A program made the translations under genes and the position numbers. Below are positions 1 through 8,399 of a stretch of 64,000 bases of DNA, in pieces. Every line of letters begins with the position of its first letter. Within the stretch, counting starts at the first letter, position 1. Origin of the DNA: Patescibacteria group bacterium. GTDB taxonomy: Bacteria; Patescibacteriota; Patescibacteriia; 2-01-FULL-39-33. The DNA is taken from the NCBI GenBank assembly GCA_041645075.1, contig JBAZQS010000001.1, positions 9,147 to 73,146 on the forward strand, read 5' to 3'. The notes under the pieces are model-generated. The model was not told the origin of the DNA. It made no database searches and worked only from the letters and a program-made list of their open reading frames with translations.

Positions 1-22
1 GCGCGTCTAAGATTAAAAATAT

Positions 23-96
23 GGATCGGTAGCTCAATTGGTTAGAGCGCTGCCCTGTCACGGCAGAGGTCGCGGGTTCAAGTCCCGTCCGGTCCG
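23..96 (+). tRNA. tRNA-Asp(GTC)
   Basis: Acceptor GGATCGG/CCGGTCC, D-arm GCTC..GAGC, anticodon arm CTGCC-CT-GTC-AC-GGCAG, T-loop TTCAAGT; CCA not encoded. Confidence 0.96.
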
Positions 97-102
97 CGGA
101 CT

Positions 103-140
103 TAAAACAAAAACAGGATTTTAATCCTGTTTTTGTTTTA
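103..140. terminator. AT-rich hairpin after tRNA-Asp
   Basis: TAAAACAAAAACAGGATT / AATCCTGTTTTTGTTTTA inverted repeat. Confidence 0.55.
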
Positions 141-158
141 TAATCTGCTGTGCAGATT

Positions 159-320
159 GGGACTTGAACGGGCAGAAGCGAGACAAATTTTGCGCTGGAT
201 TTTGCCAGCGCAAAATACTGGCGAGCGTAGACAAATGCGACCATAGGAGCATTTGGCTACGCCCAGGGCGAAGAAGCTTGAGCGGAAGCGAGAGCGATGA
301 GAAATGTCCCGTCCGGTCCG
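159..320. repeat. tRNA-Asp-linked palindromic element ending in a 15-bp copy of the tRNA 3' end
   Basis: 159-169 GGGACTTGAAC is the reverse complement of tRNA 76-86; 306-320 GTCCCGTCCGGTCCG equals tRNA 82-96; internal hairpins between them. Confidence 0.7.
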
Positions 321-385
321 AATTCACGAAAACAGAGTTTGATCTCTGTTTTTTGTTTTATTTTAAGGTGTATCGGTTGTATTAT

Positions 386-404
386 TCGTATCAATATGAT
401 ACGA
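386..404. promoter_or_regulatory. Candidate operator upstream of the Fic gene
   Basis: Perfect inverted repeat TCGTATCA-ATA-TGATACGA. Confidence 0.4.
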
Positions 405-422
405 TTAAGTAGTATAAATGAT

Positions 423-1490
423 ATGAACAAAAGTATGGCCAAAGTAGATAAAAAACAACAAACAATCATTAATCTCATATTGGATGGGGCTGTTTTGTCA
501 TCTTCAAAAATACACCAAAAGATGACAAAAGCAGGAGAAGATGTCTCTCTAATAACAGTCAAAAGAATTTTAACTCAGATGGTTAATGCTGGCCTGCTGG
601 ATAAAAGCGGCGCTGGACGCACGACTATTTATGCGGTAGGCATTAAAGGAAGAATATTATCTGACGTTAAAGCTAAAGAATATTGCAGCGTTGAGCCGGA
701 TAAGCGCACAGGATTAAAAGGACATAATTTTGGATTATTTAAAAATATTCCGGAAGATATTTTCAGTCAGGAAGAATTAAAAATTTTAAATGAAGCCACC
801 GCTCGATACCATCAACGAACTAAAGATTTATCCTCGGTTATTGAAAAAAAGGAATTAGAGCGTTTGATTATTGAGTTGTCTTGGAAATCGTCCAAAATCG
901 AAGGGAATACCTATACCTTGCTTGATACAGAAAAATTGATTTTAGAGAATAAGGAAGCGCCCGGGCACGACCCAAAAGAAGCGCGGATGATTTTAAACCA
1001 TAAAGAGGCCTTTAATTATGTCCGTGAACACGCCGATAAATTTAAAACTTTGACTCGTAAAAATTTAGAAGAGCTGCACTCGATTTTAGTTAAAGGTTTG
1101 AGTGTGGAATTGGGACTGCGAAAAAGGCCGGTGGGTGTTTTGGGTTCGATTTATCGACCACTTGATAATGCCCAGCAAATTTTTGAAGCCGTGGAAGCTT
1201 TAGGCGGGGCGATAATAAAAATGACGGATCCCTATGCCAAGGCGTTAATTGCTATTTTAGGCCTGAGCTATATTCAACCGTTTGAGGATGGCAATAAAAG
1301 AACATCGCGTCTTTTGGCTAACGCCACGCTTTTGGCGTATGGCTGTGCTCCTCTTTCATACCGCAGTGTTGATGAAAACGATTATCGTGAAGCGATTTTG
1401 GTTTTTTATGAGCTCAATTCCGTTATGCCGTTTAAGAAAATATTCATTTCGCAGTATGAATTTGCGGCTAATAATTATGCGGTGAAATAG
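423..1490 (+). CDS. Fic/DOC family protein with N-terminal winged-HTH-like region
   Basis: SSKIEGN motif and Fic signature variant QPFEDGNKRTSR; start uncertain (396/423/435), and the ORF-track start at 297 overlaps the repeat. Confidence 0.85.
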   Translation: MNKSMAKVDKKQQTIINLILDGAVLSSSKIHQKMTKAGEDVSLITVKRILTQMVNAGLLDKSGAGRTTIYAVGIKGRILSDVKAKEYCSVEPDKRTGLKGHNFGLFKNIPEDIFSQEELKILNEATARYHQRTKDLSSVIEKKELERLIIELSWKSSKIEGNTYTLLDTEKLILENKEAPGHDPKEARMILNHKEAFNYVREHADKFKTLTRKNLEELHSILVKGLSVELGLRKRPVGVLGSIYRPLDNAQQIFEAVEALGGAIIKMTDPYAKALIAILGLSYIQPFEDGNKRTSRLLANATLLAYGCAPLSYRSVDENDYREAILVFYELNSVMPFKKIFISQYEFAANNYAVK

Positions 1491-1554
1491 CGGGTTTTTT
1501 GATATAAAAAGAACCAGAAATGAGATTTTCTGGTTCCAGGTAGAAAGGATAAAA

Positions 1555-1788
1555 TTAGATTTGATAATCTGCCTTATCATCTTTCATCCAGCCGATTGGG
1601 ATTTTGTTCCAAATGCGTTCATGAAAATAGTACAAAACAATTTTTGTGAAAATTTCTACCAGACCAATCGTGAGGGCGAGTTTTACGCGGCCGGTGACAA
1701 AAAATGAAATTACCATAGTGTCTAAGGTGCCGGTCAGCCGCCAAGATATGGCTTTGACAATGCTCCGCCAATGTCTTTCTTTGATCAT
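1555..1788 (-). CDS. DUF2061-like small membrane protein
   Basis: RSIVKAISWRLTGTLDT...YYFHERIW pattern. Confidence 0.8.
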   Translation of the reverse strand: MIKERHWRSIVKAISWRLTGTLDTMVISFFVTGRVKLALTIGLVEIFTKIVLYYFHERIWNKIPIGWMKDDKADYQI

Positions 1789-1909
1789 CGCGTCTAAATC
1801 CTCTCTATTGGGAATTATTATACTTACTTGTTTGTCAGTATTTGACCATAAGATAGCACGCCGGTATGCTTTTGTAAAGAAGTGAATTTAAGCCATGGCT
1901 TAAAATAAA

Positions 1910-1948
1910 AATCCCCCGTCCCAATGTCACATGGGGGCGGGGGTGATT
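1910..1948 (-). terminator. Intrinsic terminator of cassette 1
   Basis: CCCCCGTCCCAATG/CATGGGGGCGGGGG hairpin with an A-run on + (U-run on -). Confidence 0.6.
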
Positions 1949-1967
1949 TGTTTAAATGAAGTCCTTT

Positions 1968-2789
1968 TTAGGGCTTAGCCGATGAAAGGGGACCGGAAGT
2001 TTCGTCTTGGATTGAGAGCGCTGGCTTTGGCCCAAAGTCCATAAATTGGTCGGTATCGCCTATCGCCCAATCTTTGGTCGAAATCTGATAGTTGCCTTCC
2101 TCAAGTATTTTTATGGTTTGGTCAATCTGATTAAAGTCAATTTGCATTGCCGCTGATAATCTATCATTTAATTCTTTAACCCTATTGCCAACCGCCTCGG
2201 GAGTCAGTTGGCGCATTTGCGTTTCATCATAGAAGTTGAGCAGGGTCTGGTTTTTTTCCGTGAGCCCTTTTTTAATGGCCGAGCTCCTGGCGACAATCTC
2301 TTTAAGATAATACCTGCGGTTTACGGTTCTAAGGCAGGCCGGGTCGCTTGGGGGCCGGCCGGCTTTTCTCATTTCCGCGTAGGCCTTTATCTCAAATGAT
2401 TCGTTGTGGCGCCATTGCTCGAGCCGGGTTTCGTTGTTTTGAAAATTGATTCGGTTCTGGCGCAACTCGTCAGCAATATTTTTAAGACCGGGTGGTAAAT
2501 TATTAATCGGTGATATTTCAATACCATAACCTGATTCAATGCCCTGGCCTAAATCATTAGGTAGGGGAATATAATTGGCGGAGGTGATTTTGGCGTGTTG
2601 GCCCCAGAATTTTTTCGGCCTAAAGTGCTGCCAGGTGGCCAAGCTGGCGGTGGCGATCAGGGCGATTATCGTTATGGTCATCTTGATGGAAGTTCTCGAC
2701 GGCAACTGCGGTTCCGGTGGCGATGTTACCGGTAACCCCTCGCACATGGCCGGCGGTGGCGGCGGTTCCTCACCATTTAACTGTTTCAT
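1968..2789 (-). CDS. Hypothetical single-pass membrane protein (Pro-rich N-terminus, coiled coil)
   Basis: 273-aa ORF with SD GGGAG, own promoter and terminator; TM followed by KKFWG.. as in 4989..6263. Confidence 0.7.
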   Translation of the reverse strand: MKQLNGEEPPPPPAMCEGLPVTSPPEPQLPSRTSIKMTITIIALIATASLATWQHFRPKKFWGQHAKITSANYIPLPNDLGQGIESGYGIEISPINNLPPGLKNIADELRQNRINFQNNETRLEQWRHNESFEIKAYAEMRKAGRPPSDPACLRTVNRRYYLKEIVARSSAIKKGLTEKNQTLLNFYDETQMRQLTPEAVGNRVKELNDRLSAAMQIDFNQIDQTIKILEEGNYQISTKDWAIGDTDQFMDFGPKPALSIQDETSGPLSSAKP

Positions 2790-2863
2790 TGGCTTTCTCC
2801 CTTTTTAATTTGTTTCAAATGGCAACTATTATTTAGGTTTTTAAGGTGCTGATTATTAGTTTA

Positions 2864-2892
2864 TATATATAACAAAAAAGATTTTTTGTCAA
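2864..2892 (-). promoter_or_regulatory. sigma70-type promoter
   Basis: TTGACA-17nt-TATATA on the minus strand. Confidence 0.55.
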
Positions 2893-2917
2893 ATTCAGAT
2901 TTTATTTATTTTAGCAA

Positions 2918-2958
2918 AAAATTTCCCCGCGCGCTTTTATGAGTTTGCGGGGAAATAG
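2918..2958 (-). terminator. Intrinsic terminator of cassette 2
   Basis: TTTCCCCGC..GCGGGGAAA hairpin with A-run. Confidence 0.6.
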
Positions 2959-2996
2959 ATTATTTTTGCCGGCAGATTTTATTGTTGCCGGCCCGG

Positions 2997-3815
2997 TCAT
3001 TCTTTGGCCGCTATTTTTCCTCGGAGTTTGTCCAAAATCGGTTGAAGAGCAATTTTTAGCTTCTCCCGCTCTTCCTGGCTCATTTGGAAAAATTCTGATT
3101 TGGTTCGGTTTAAAAGAGCGTTGTTTGGAATTGGCAATCCCAGAACGCGATAGTAAATTCCCTGCGGTTCGGGCCGTTCCAAGTCAAACCAAGAGACCAG
3201 ATTATTTTTATCCAACATCGCGGGAAAAGTATTGGCTGGCGGCGTCATTGGTTCCTGGGAAAGAATATCAATTGTCCTTGCCAGTTCGCTGATTAGAAAT
3301 TGTTTTTTCTTGTCTACCGGTGGATTGATGGCGACAGGAACTGGCGTGGATAATGGGTCCGGTTGAGTGGCGACGGTTTTTTTAGGAGCGGGAGTTGGAG
3401 TTGGAGCGGCGAATATTTTTGCCGCCGGTTCCGTTGATTGAGGCGGCCTAAAAAAATCAACTTGGGGCGCTTTGTTTTCTTGAAAGCCGTAGTTATTGCT
3501 TGAGCCGTTCCAGTTATAGCCGTTCCAGCCCTCGCCATAGCCGGTTCTATTTCGGGAAATTTTGACGATGGCTTCAGTGGCCAAATCTCTGGCTTCGGGG
3601 TCTTTAATGGTGGCGGCCGAGAGAATGCCAGCGGTTTCATCTAAATGGCCGCCATAGCGCATCGCCACCTGGCCGGAATCCACTCGGCCGGCCGGGTCGC
3701 CATACTTCAATGTTTCGGCCGGAGAATGAAACCGGCTCGCGCTGGTCTGAAATTGGTTGTCTGTTTGGGCGCAGGCAGCCAAAAAAAACAAGCCGACAAA
3801 CACCGAGAATTTCAT
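2997..3815 (-). CDS. Hypothetical lipoprotein
   Basis: Signal peptide with lipobox LAAC; SD GGAGG; C-terminal domain shared with 4228..4785. Confidence 0.75.
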   Translation of the reverse strand: MKFSVFVGLFFLAACAQTDNQFQTSASRFHSPAETLKYGDPAGRVDSGQVAMRYGGHLDETAGILSAATIKDPEARDLATEAIVKISRNRTGYGEGWNGYNWNGSSNNYGFQENKAPQVDFFRPPQSTEPAAKIFAAPTPTPAPKKTVATQPDPLSTPVPVAINPPVDKKKQFLISELARTIDILSQEPMTPPANTFPAMLDKNNLVSWFDLERPEPQGIYYRVLGLPIPNNALLNRTKSEFFQMSQEEREKLKIALQPILDKLRGKIAAKE

Positions 3816-3961
3816 TTTTGGATACCTCCATTTTTCAAATAAATAGATTTCTTGCCTCTTGGTTAATTTTATTAAGGTGCTGACTGATGATTGTTAACTT
3901 AATTTTATTATAGTTATAGAAATTTGTAAATGGTTTTGAGGTATATGTTTTGGTGTATAAA

Positions 3962-4007
3962 TAAAAAAATCCCCCGTAAAGTTTTTAGTGAACTTTACGG
4001 GGTATTT
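3962..4007 (-). terminator. Intrinsic terminator of cassette 3
   Basis: CCCCGTAAAGTT..AACTTTACGGGG hairpin, near-identical to the one at 4916-4961. Confidence 0.7.
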
Positions 4008-4033
4008 ATTGGCGTAGTTTTGATTTGCCTGCT

Positions 4034-4227
4034 CTATTCGCTGGGCGTCTCAATAACCTCATCATCAACGGCCGGAGGAGCGGGAGCAGGTATAATTAGG
4101 CGGGTGCAGGTCTTTCGGCGCTTTCTTGGGGCTTCCAAAGCGGCCGACGGTTTTAAGACGATTGACCGCTCTGTTGTAATACTCCTCTTTGGCGTCTTCT
4201 TCATCGCGCATCTGGCGTAACCCGCCG
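4034..4227 (-). pseudogene. Frameshifted copy of the 3' end of gene 4989..6263
   Basis: Encodes PAPPAVDDEVIETPSE versus PAPPTVDDEVIEAPSE; DNA clearly homologous to about 4989-5190. Confidence 0.65.
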
Positions 4228-4785
4228 TTAATGTCGCTTTTCCCACTCTTCGCATATCTTGCGTAACCCGTCGTTAAGTTGCTTTTTCCACTCTTCGTGA
4301 GCGGTTAAGCGTTTTTCTGCCAGCGATTTTTTTGGCAGTTGCTGTTGTAAATTTTTCAAAACCGGCTGGAGGGCAATTTTCAGTTTCTCCCGCTCTTCCT
4401 GGCTCATTTGGAAAAATTCTGATTTGGTGCGACTAAGCAAGGACTGATTTTGAATCGGCAGGCCCAGAACGCGGTAGTAAATTCCCTGCGGTTCGGGCCG
4501 TTCCAAGTCAAACCAAGAGACCAGCTTATTTTTATCCAACATCGCGGGAAAGGCATTGGGCGGCGGCACCATTGGTTCTTGGGAAAGAATATCAATGGTT
4601 CTTGCCAGTTCGTTGATTAGAAATTGCGTCTGCTTTTCCGAGAGATGGCCAATCGCAGTAGTCGTGGTTGTGGTTAAAGTCGCTTTTTTTGCGGCTGATT
4701 TTTTTTGTTGAGCCAAGGCATTGGCGCTAAACAAAAAAATGATAACTAAAAACATCACAACTTGTCTCATTTTAATTTCCTCCAC
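4228..4785 (-). CDS. Hypothetical secreted protein, chimera of the two flanking genes
   Basis: Signal peptide (ALA-QQ); central domain matches 2997..3815; tail EKRLTAHEEWKKQL matches 4989..6263. Confidence 0.75.
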   Translation of the reverse strand: MEEIKMRQVVMFLVIIFLFSANALAQQKKSAAKKATLTTTTTTAIGHLSEKQTQFLINELARTIDILSQEPMVPPPNAFPAMLDKNKLVSWFDLERPEPQGIYYRVLGLPIQNQSLLSRTKSEFFQMSQEEREKLKIALQPVLKNLQQQLPKKSLAEKRLTAHEEWKKQLNDGLRKICEEWEKRH

Positions 4786-4915
4786 CTTTTCAAATTTTTT
4801 TAATGCCGAGTTTATGTTTTATTAAGGTGCCAATTTATTATTTATAGGATATAACAAAAAATAGCTTATGTCAAACCAAGTTTGCGCGCGTGCCTAAAAC
4901 AGAGATATTTTTAGT

Positions 4916-4961
4916 AAAAAAAGTCCCCGTAAAGTTCTTGGTGAACTTTACGGGGGTATTT
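4916..4961 (-). terminator. Intrinsic terminator of cassette 4
   Basis: CCCCGTAAAGTTC..GAACTTTACGGGG hairpin. Confidence 0.7.
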
Positions 4962-4988
4962 GTTGGCGTGGCTCTGATTCCGTCTGCT

Positions 4989-6263
4989 TTATTCGCTGGG
5001 CGCCTCAATAACTTCGTCATCAACGGTCGGAGGAGCGGGAGGAGCAGGCACATTGGGCGGGTACAGGTCTTTCAGCGCCTTTTTGGGGCTACCGAAACGG
5101 CCAACGGTTTTAAGGCGTTTGATTGCCTTGCCGTAATACTCCTGTTTAGCCTTTGTTTCTTCGCGCCTCTGACGTAACGCGCCGTCAAGTTCCTTTTCCC
5201 ATTTTTCGTGAGCGATTAAGCGTTTTTCATGATCAGTCAACTGGCTCTCGATTGGCTTGAGCCGTTCGTTGAGTTGCGCGGGTTGGACGGCGGTCCTGGT
5301 TTTGTCCAGGTTATTCCTCTTGGCGGCTAACTCCTCCTTTAGGTTGCCGTCATGCAGAGCTTTTTCGGCCTCGTCCTCGGTCTTGCCATCGGCGATGAGC
5401 TCGACCTTGTCACGAGCATCCAACCCCGCTTTTACCCGTTTGACTTCCGCCCTCACTTGTTTGACTTCCGTCGCCAGTCCATCAAGCGTAATTATTGTCG
5501 TGATGGTGGTGCCGGCGGAAGCAGTGGTCGCACCCTTTTTCTGTGAGGCGGTGACCAACCCGGTCTTCTTGTCCTTGGCTGGCGTTTCCGATTTGGCAGC
5601 GAGCGAAGCTGAGGTTTGAGCGGCCATAACGGCGGTGGCGAGCTTGGCCGGGAGTTCGGCGATTTCCTTCTGGATATCGCCTTGACCCATAGCAATGTCG
5701 ATGAGCTGTTCGACCTGCTCCTTCCTCAAAGGGATGCCGTTTTCCATCATGGACTTACCTAATCCCTGGATGGCCTCGACGATGTCCTTGTTCGCGTTCG
5801 TCGTGGTCGCATGAGCGGTCGTTGTGGCCGTCGCGGAGGCGGCCTGTTTGCCCCAGAATTTGCATTTCGGCCAGGTAAAGTACCCATAGAGAAAACCGGC
5901 GATGGCGACCAGGACGATCATCGTCCAGACGATTTTGCCGAAAGTTCGTGGCGCCGGTGCCGGTTGCGGCGATGGCCGAAACTCAACTCGTGCCGACCGG
6001 GGCCGCCCAAGGGATGGCGCCGGTTGTGCCGTCGATTGCGGTGGCAACTCTTCTTGTGGCGGCGGCACTGCGTGCGACCGACCGGTCTGCGGCGGCGCCT
6101 CGTCTAAAGGCGGCAGCCGAATCTCCTCGTCCAAGGGCGGTTGAGGATTCGGGTTCGGTCCCTGGTCCTCGTGTTCCGGCGGCAGAGTCGGCTGGAGCGA
6201 TTCGGGCGGTGGCGGTTGATTGGCCCGCGGCCGCGATTGATTTTCCCTCTTTGGCTTTGGCAT
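4989..6263 (-). CDS. Hypothetical single-pass membrane protein (Pro-rich N-terminus, coiled coil)
   Basis: 424-aa ORF, SD AAGGAGG, visibly more GC-rich than flanking core genes. Confidence 0.75.
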   Translation of the reverse strand: MPKPKRENQSRPRANQPPPPESLQPTLPPEHEDQGPNPNPQPPLDEEIRLPPLDEAPPQTGRSHAVPPPQEELPPQSTAQPAPSLGRPRSARVEFRPSPQPAPAPRTFGKIVWTMIVLVAIAGFLYGYFTWPKCKFWGKQAASATATTTAHATTTNANKDIVEAIQGLGKSMMENGIPLRKEQVEQLIDIAMGQGDIQKEIAELPAKLATAVMAAQTSASLAAKSETPAKDKKTGLVTASQKKGATTASAGTTITTIITLDGLATEVKQVRAEVKRVKAGLDARDKVELIADGKTEDEAEKALHDGNLKEELAAKRNNLDKTRTAVQPAQLNERLKPIESQLTDHEKRLIAHEKWEKELDGALRQRREETKAKQEYYGKAIKRLKTVGRFGSPKKALKDLYPPNVPAPPAPPTVDDEVIEAPSE

Positions 6264-6365
6264 AATTATGCCCTCCTTTTTCCTTTCAAATTTTAAAATT
6301 GGTTTTAAAGGTTCGGTTTTTTGACTCTTTTTATATGACTAAGGTCCTTTGTTATCGGACTTATC

Positions 6366-6394
6366 ATTGTATCATATAATCATAATTTTGTCAA
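6366..6394 (-). promoter_or_regulatory. sigma70-type promoter
   Basis: TTGACA-17nt-TACAAT on the minus strand. Confidence 0.65.
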
Positions 6395-6495
6395 TAGATT
6401 TAATGAGAGTTAATGAATTTTTTGTTTATTTTATTAAAAAAACCGCTAAATTTAGCGTTTTTTTATCAAGAATTATTCAGGAATTATTGAGAAAT

Positions 6496-6840
6496 TTACT
6501 TAATTTTTTCTATTATTTTAGCAAAAATAATTGGTTGTTTCTGGGCGATTTCGGCTAAGACCTTTCGGTCTAATTCTATCTTGGCCTTCTTTAAACCGCC
6601 GATAAATTTACTATAAGAAAGGCCGTGTTCCCTGACCGCGGCATTAAGCTGGATTTGCCATAATTGTCTGGCCGTTCTTTTTTTTGTCCGGCGGTCTCGG
6701 TAAGCATAAACGCCGGCCTTGGTAACGGCGGTCTTGGCTAATTTGATTAATTTTTTTCGGCCCCATTTATAACCCTTGGCTTGTTTTAAGATATTCCGGC
6801 GGTTTTTGGCATGGGTCATTCCTCGTTTTACTCTCGGCAT
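6496..6840 (-). CDS. rplT: 50S ribosomal protein L20
   Basis: MPRVKRG..AKGY..YAYRDRR..LWQIQLNAA..IELDRKVLAEIA. Confidence 0.98.
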   Translation of the reverse strand: MPRVKRGMTHAKNRRNILKQAKGYKWGRKKLIKLAKTAVTKAGVYAYRDRRTKKRTARQLWQIQLNAAVREHGLSYSKFIGGLKKAKIELDRKVLAEIAQKQPIIFAKIIEKIK

Positions 6841-6952
6841 ATTTTTTAAATCTTTAAATTATTATATTGTTTATATTATTAAACCACTAGACCCGATGGA
6901 TATTTATATAATTTTCAATTTTAGAATTTTGAATTTTGAAATAATGATTTAA

Positions 6953-7051
6953 TGTCATCGCGAGCGAAGCCCGAGCGTCAGGAGGGCGAAGCGTGGCGAT
7001 TTTATTGCAGTTAGATTGCTTCGTCGCCGATTACGGCTTCTCGCAATGACA
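6953..7051. repeat. Palindromic repeat element (GTCATxGCGAG...CTCGCAATGAC type) between rpmI and rplT
   Basis: Terminal inverted repeats TGTCATCGCGAG / CTCGCAATGACA, internal GATTGCTTCG; flanked by inverted TTTGAA/TTCAAA tandem repeats. Confidence 0.7.
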
Positions 7052-7081
7052 ATTTCAAAATTATTTCAAAATTCAAAATTT

Positions 7082-7279
7082 TTAATTATAAGGCATTGAT
7101 TGTCTGATGGTTTTTCGGTCTGACTTGGCGATTTGGACGTCGCGCCTTTTATGGCGCTTGGTCTTGCCCGACTCGCGGGCGTTAAAATGGTCTTGGCCGG
7201 CCATTCTTTTTATTATTTTTTTCTTTTTGGTTATTTTGAATCTTTTAGCAACCGCTTGCCGGGTTTTTATTTTTGGCAT
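7082..7279 (-). CDS. rpmI: 50S ribosomal protein L35
   Basis: MPKIKTRQAVAKRFKIT; infC-rpmI-rplT gene order. Confidence 0.97.
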   Translation of the reverse strand: MPKIKTRQAVAKRFKITKKKKIIKRMAGQDHFNARESGKTKRHKRRDVQIAKSDRKTIRQSMPYN

Positions 7280-7367
7280 GTTTTTAATTTATAAGTTTAT
7301 AAGTTACTAAGTTTATAAGTTTTTTCCCCTTAGCGACTCACCAACTTATAAACTTAGTAACTGAATT

Positions 7368-7925
7368 TTAATAGGAAATAATCGCGGAAAATTTATTGCC
7401 CAATTGTTTTAATTCCTGCTCTATTTTTAAAATTTTATTTTCTGATTTTATCTGGATTTCATTGATGGTCCGGCGAATGGTTTCCCGGGCCAAATCCGCA
7501 TGCTGGTTTTCCCGGCCTCTTAATTGGATTTCTATTTTAACCTTGTCGCCGCCTTTTAAAAATTTAATCGCTTGCTCAATCCTAAATGCCATATCATGCT
7601 GGCCGATTCTGGTTGAGAGCTTAATGGTTTTTATTTCAATGGTTTTTTGCTTGGCTTTGGCTTTTCTTTCCATTTTTTCGCGCTGATATTTGAAACTGCC
7701 GTAATTCATAAATTTGGCGATTGGCGTTTCCGCTTTGGGCGAAACCTCAACCAAGTCCAAGCCCCTGGCCTGCGCTTCGGCCAAGGCCCGCTCTTTGGGC
7801 ATTGGGCCGAGATTTTGGCCGTTTTCATCAATAATAATCAGCTCGCGGGTAAAAATTTTTTCATTGATTCGGAATTCTTTGAAAGATTCTTTTTGGAAAT
7901 TTTTTCCTTTGAAGGATTTTCTCAT
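7368..7925 (-). CDS. infC: Translation initiation factor IF-3
   Basis: INEKI..GLDLVEVSP..YGSFKY..GDKVKI..RGRE. Confidence 0.97.
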   Translation of the reverse strand: MRKSFKGKNFQKESFKEFRINEKIFTRELIIIDENGQNLGPMPKERALAEAQARGLDLVEVSPKAETPIAKFMNYGSFKYQREKMERKAKAKQKTIEIKTIKLSTRIGQHDMAFRIEQAIKFLKGGDKVKIEIQLRGRENQHADLARETIRRTINEIQIKSENKILKIEQELKQLGNKFSAIISY

Positions 7926-8004
7926 TAAAATTGTTTATTTAATTTATTCATCTATATTATTTAATTATACTACAGGCCATTAGCGATTAGCCATAGGCCA
8001 TTAG

Positions 8005-8381
8005 TGGAGATGAGGAGGGTGAACTCCTGTCTAGAAGCCAGACATAAATCAGGATACAAGTTTAGCTCTTTTTTTAAACCAAGGCCTCAAAAAAGAGCAA
8101 AATGGTCTTGGTTGTTCTTGGTAATTTTAAATGATAATTTCCAAGAAAAATTATCACCGAGCCCGATATATGACACCGCTTCTTGCTTATCAGGCCATCA
8201 GCAAGACGATGGCTGTTAAACCTTGTTAGGCAACAGCAGGGGCTAAAGCCAATCCGCGGAAAGCGAATTTTACTTTAGTCAATAAGTTTTTTGCACTTAT
8301 GTTTTGATAATTAGTTTGCGAGCAATTATCAATCTCGCCTTGCTAATTTATGGCTTAGCTTCTATCGAAACAGACATCCCC
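8005..8381 (-). ncRNA. ssrA: tmRNA; tag peptide (A)AKNLLTKVKFAFRGLALAPAVA*
   Basis: 5' GGGGATG pairs with 3' CATCTCC-A (G3.U70); ATAAGT-GCA resume codon; hydrophobic Ala-ending tag; adjacent to smpB. Confidence 0.93.
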
Positions 8382-8399
8382 GAATTGAAAATTTATCGT

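Noticed and set aside
82-320. attL/attR of an integrated prophage or island
   Set aside because: The repeats are only about 225 bp apart with no integrase; no third copy was noticed in the window
3050-5228. Diversity-generating retroelement TR/VR pair
   Set aside because: Differences between the copies are not adenine-specific, include indels, and no reverse transcriptase is in the window
1905-6400. Integron cassette array
   Set aside because: No integrase and no recognisable RYYYAAC..GTTRRRY attC sites; the hairpins look like ordinary terminators
8004-8219. 71-aa ORF on the + strand
   Set aside because: Antisense to tmRNA; spurious
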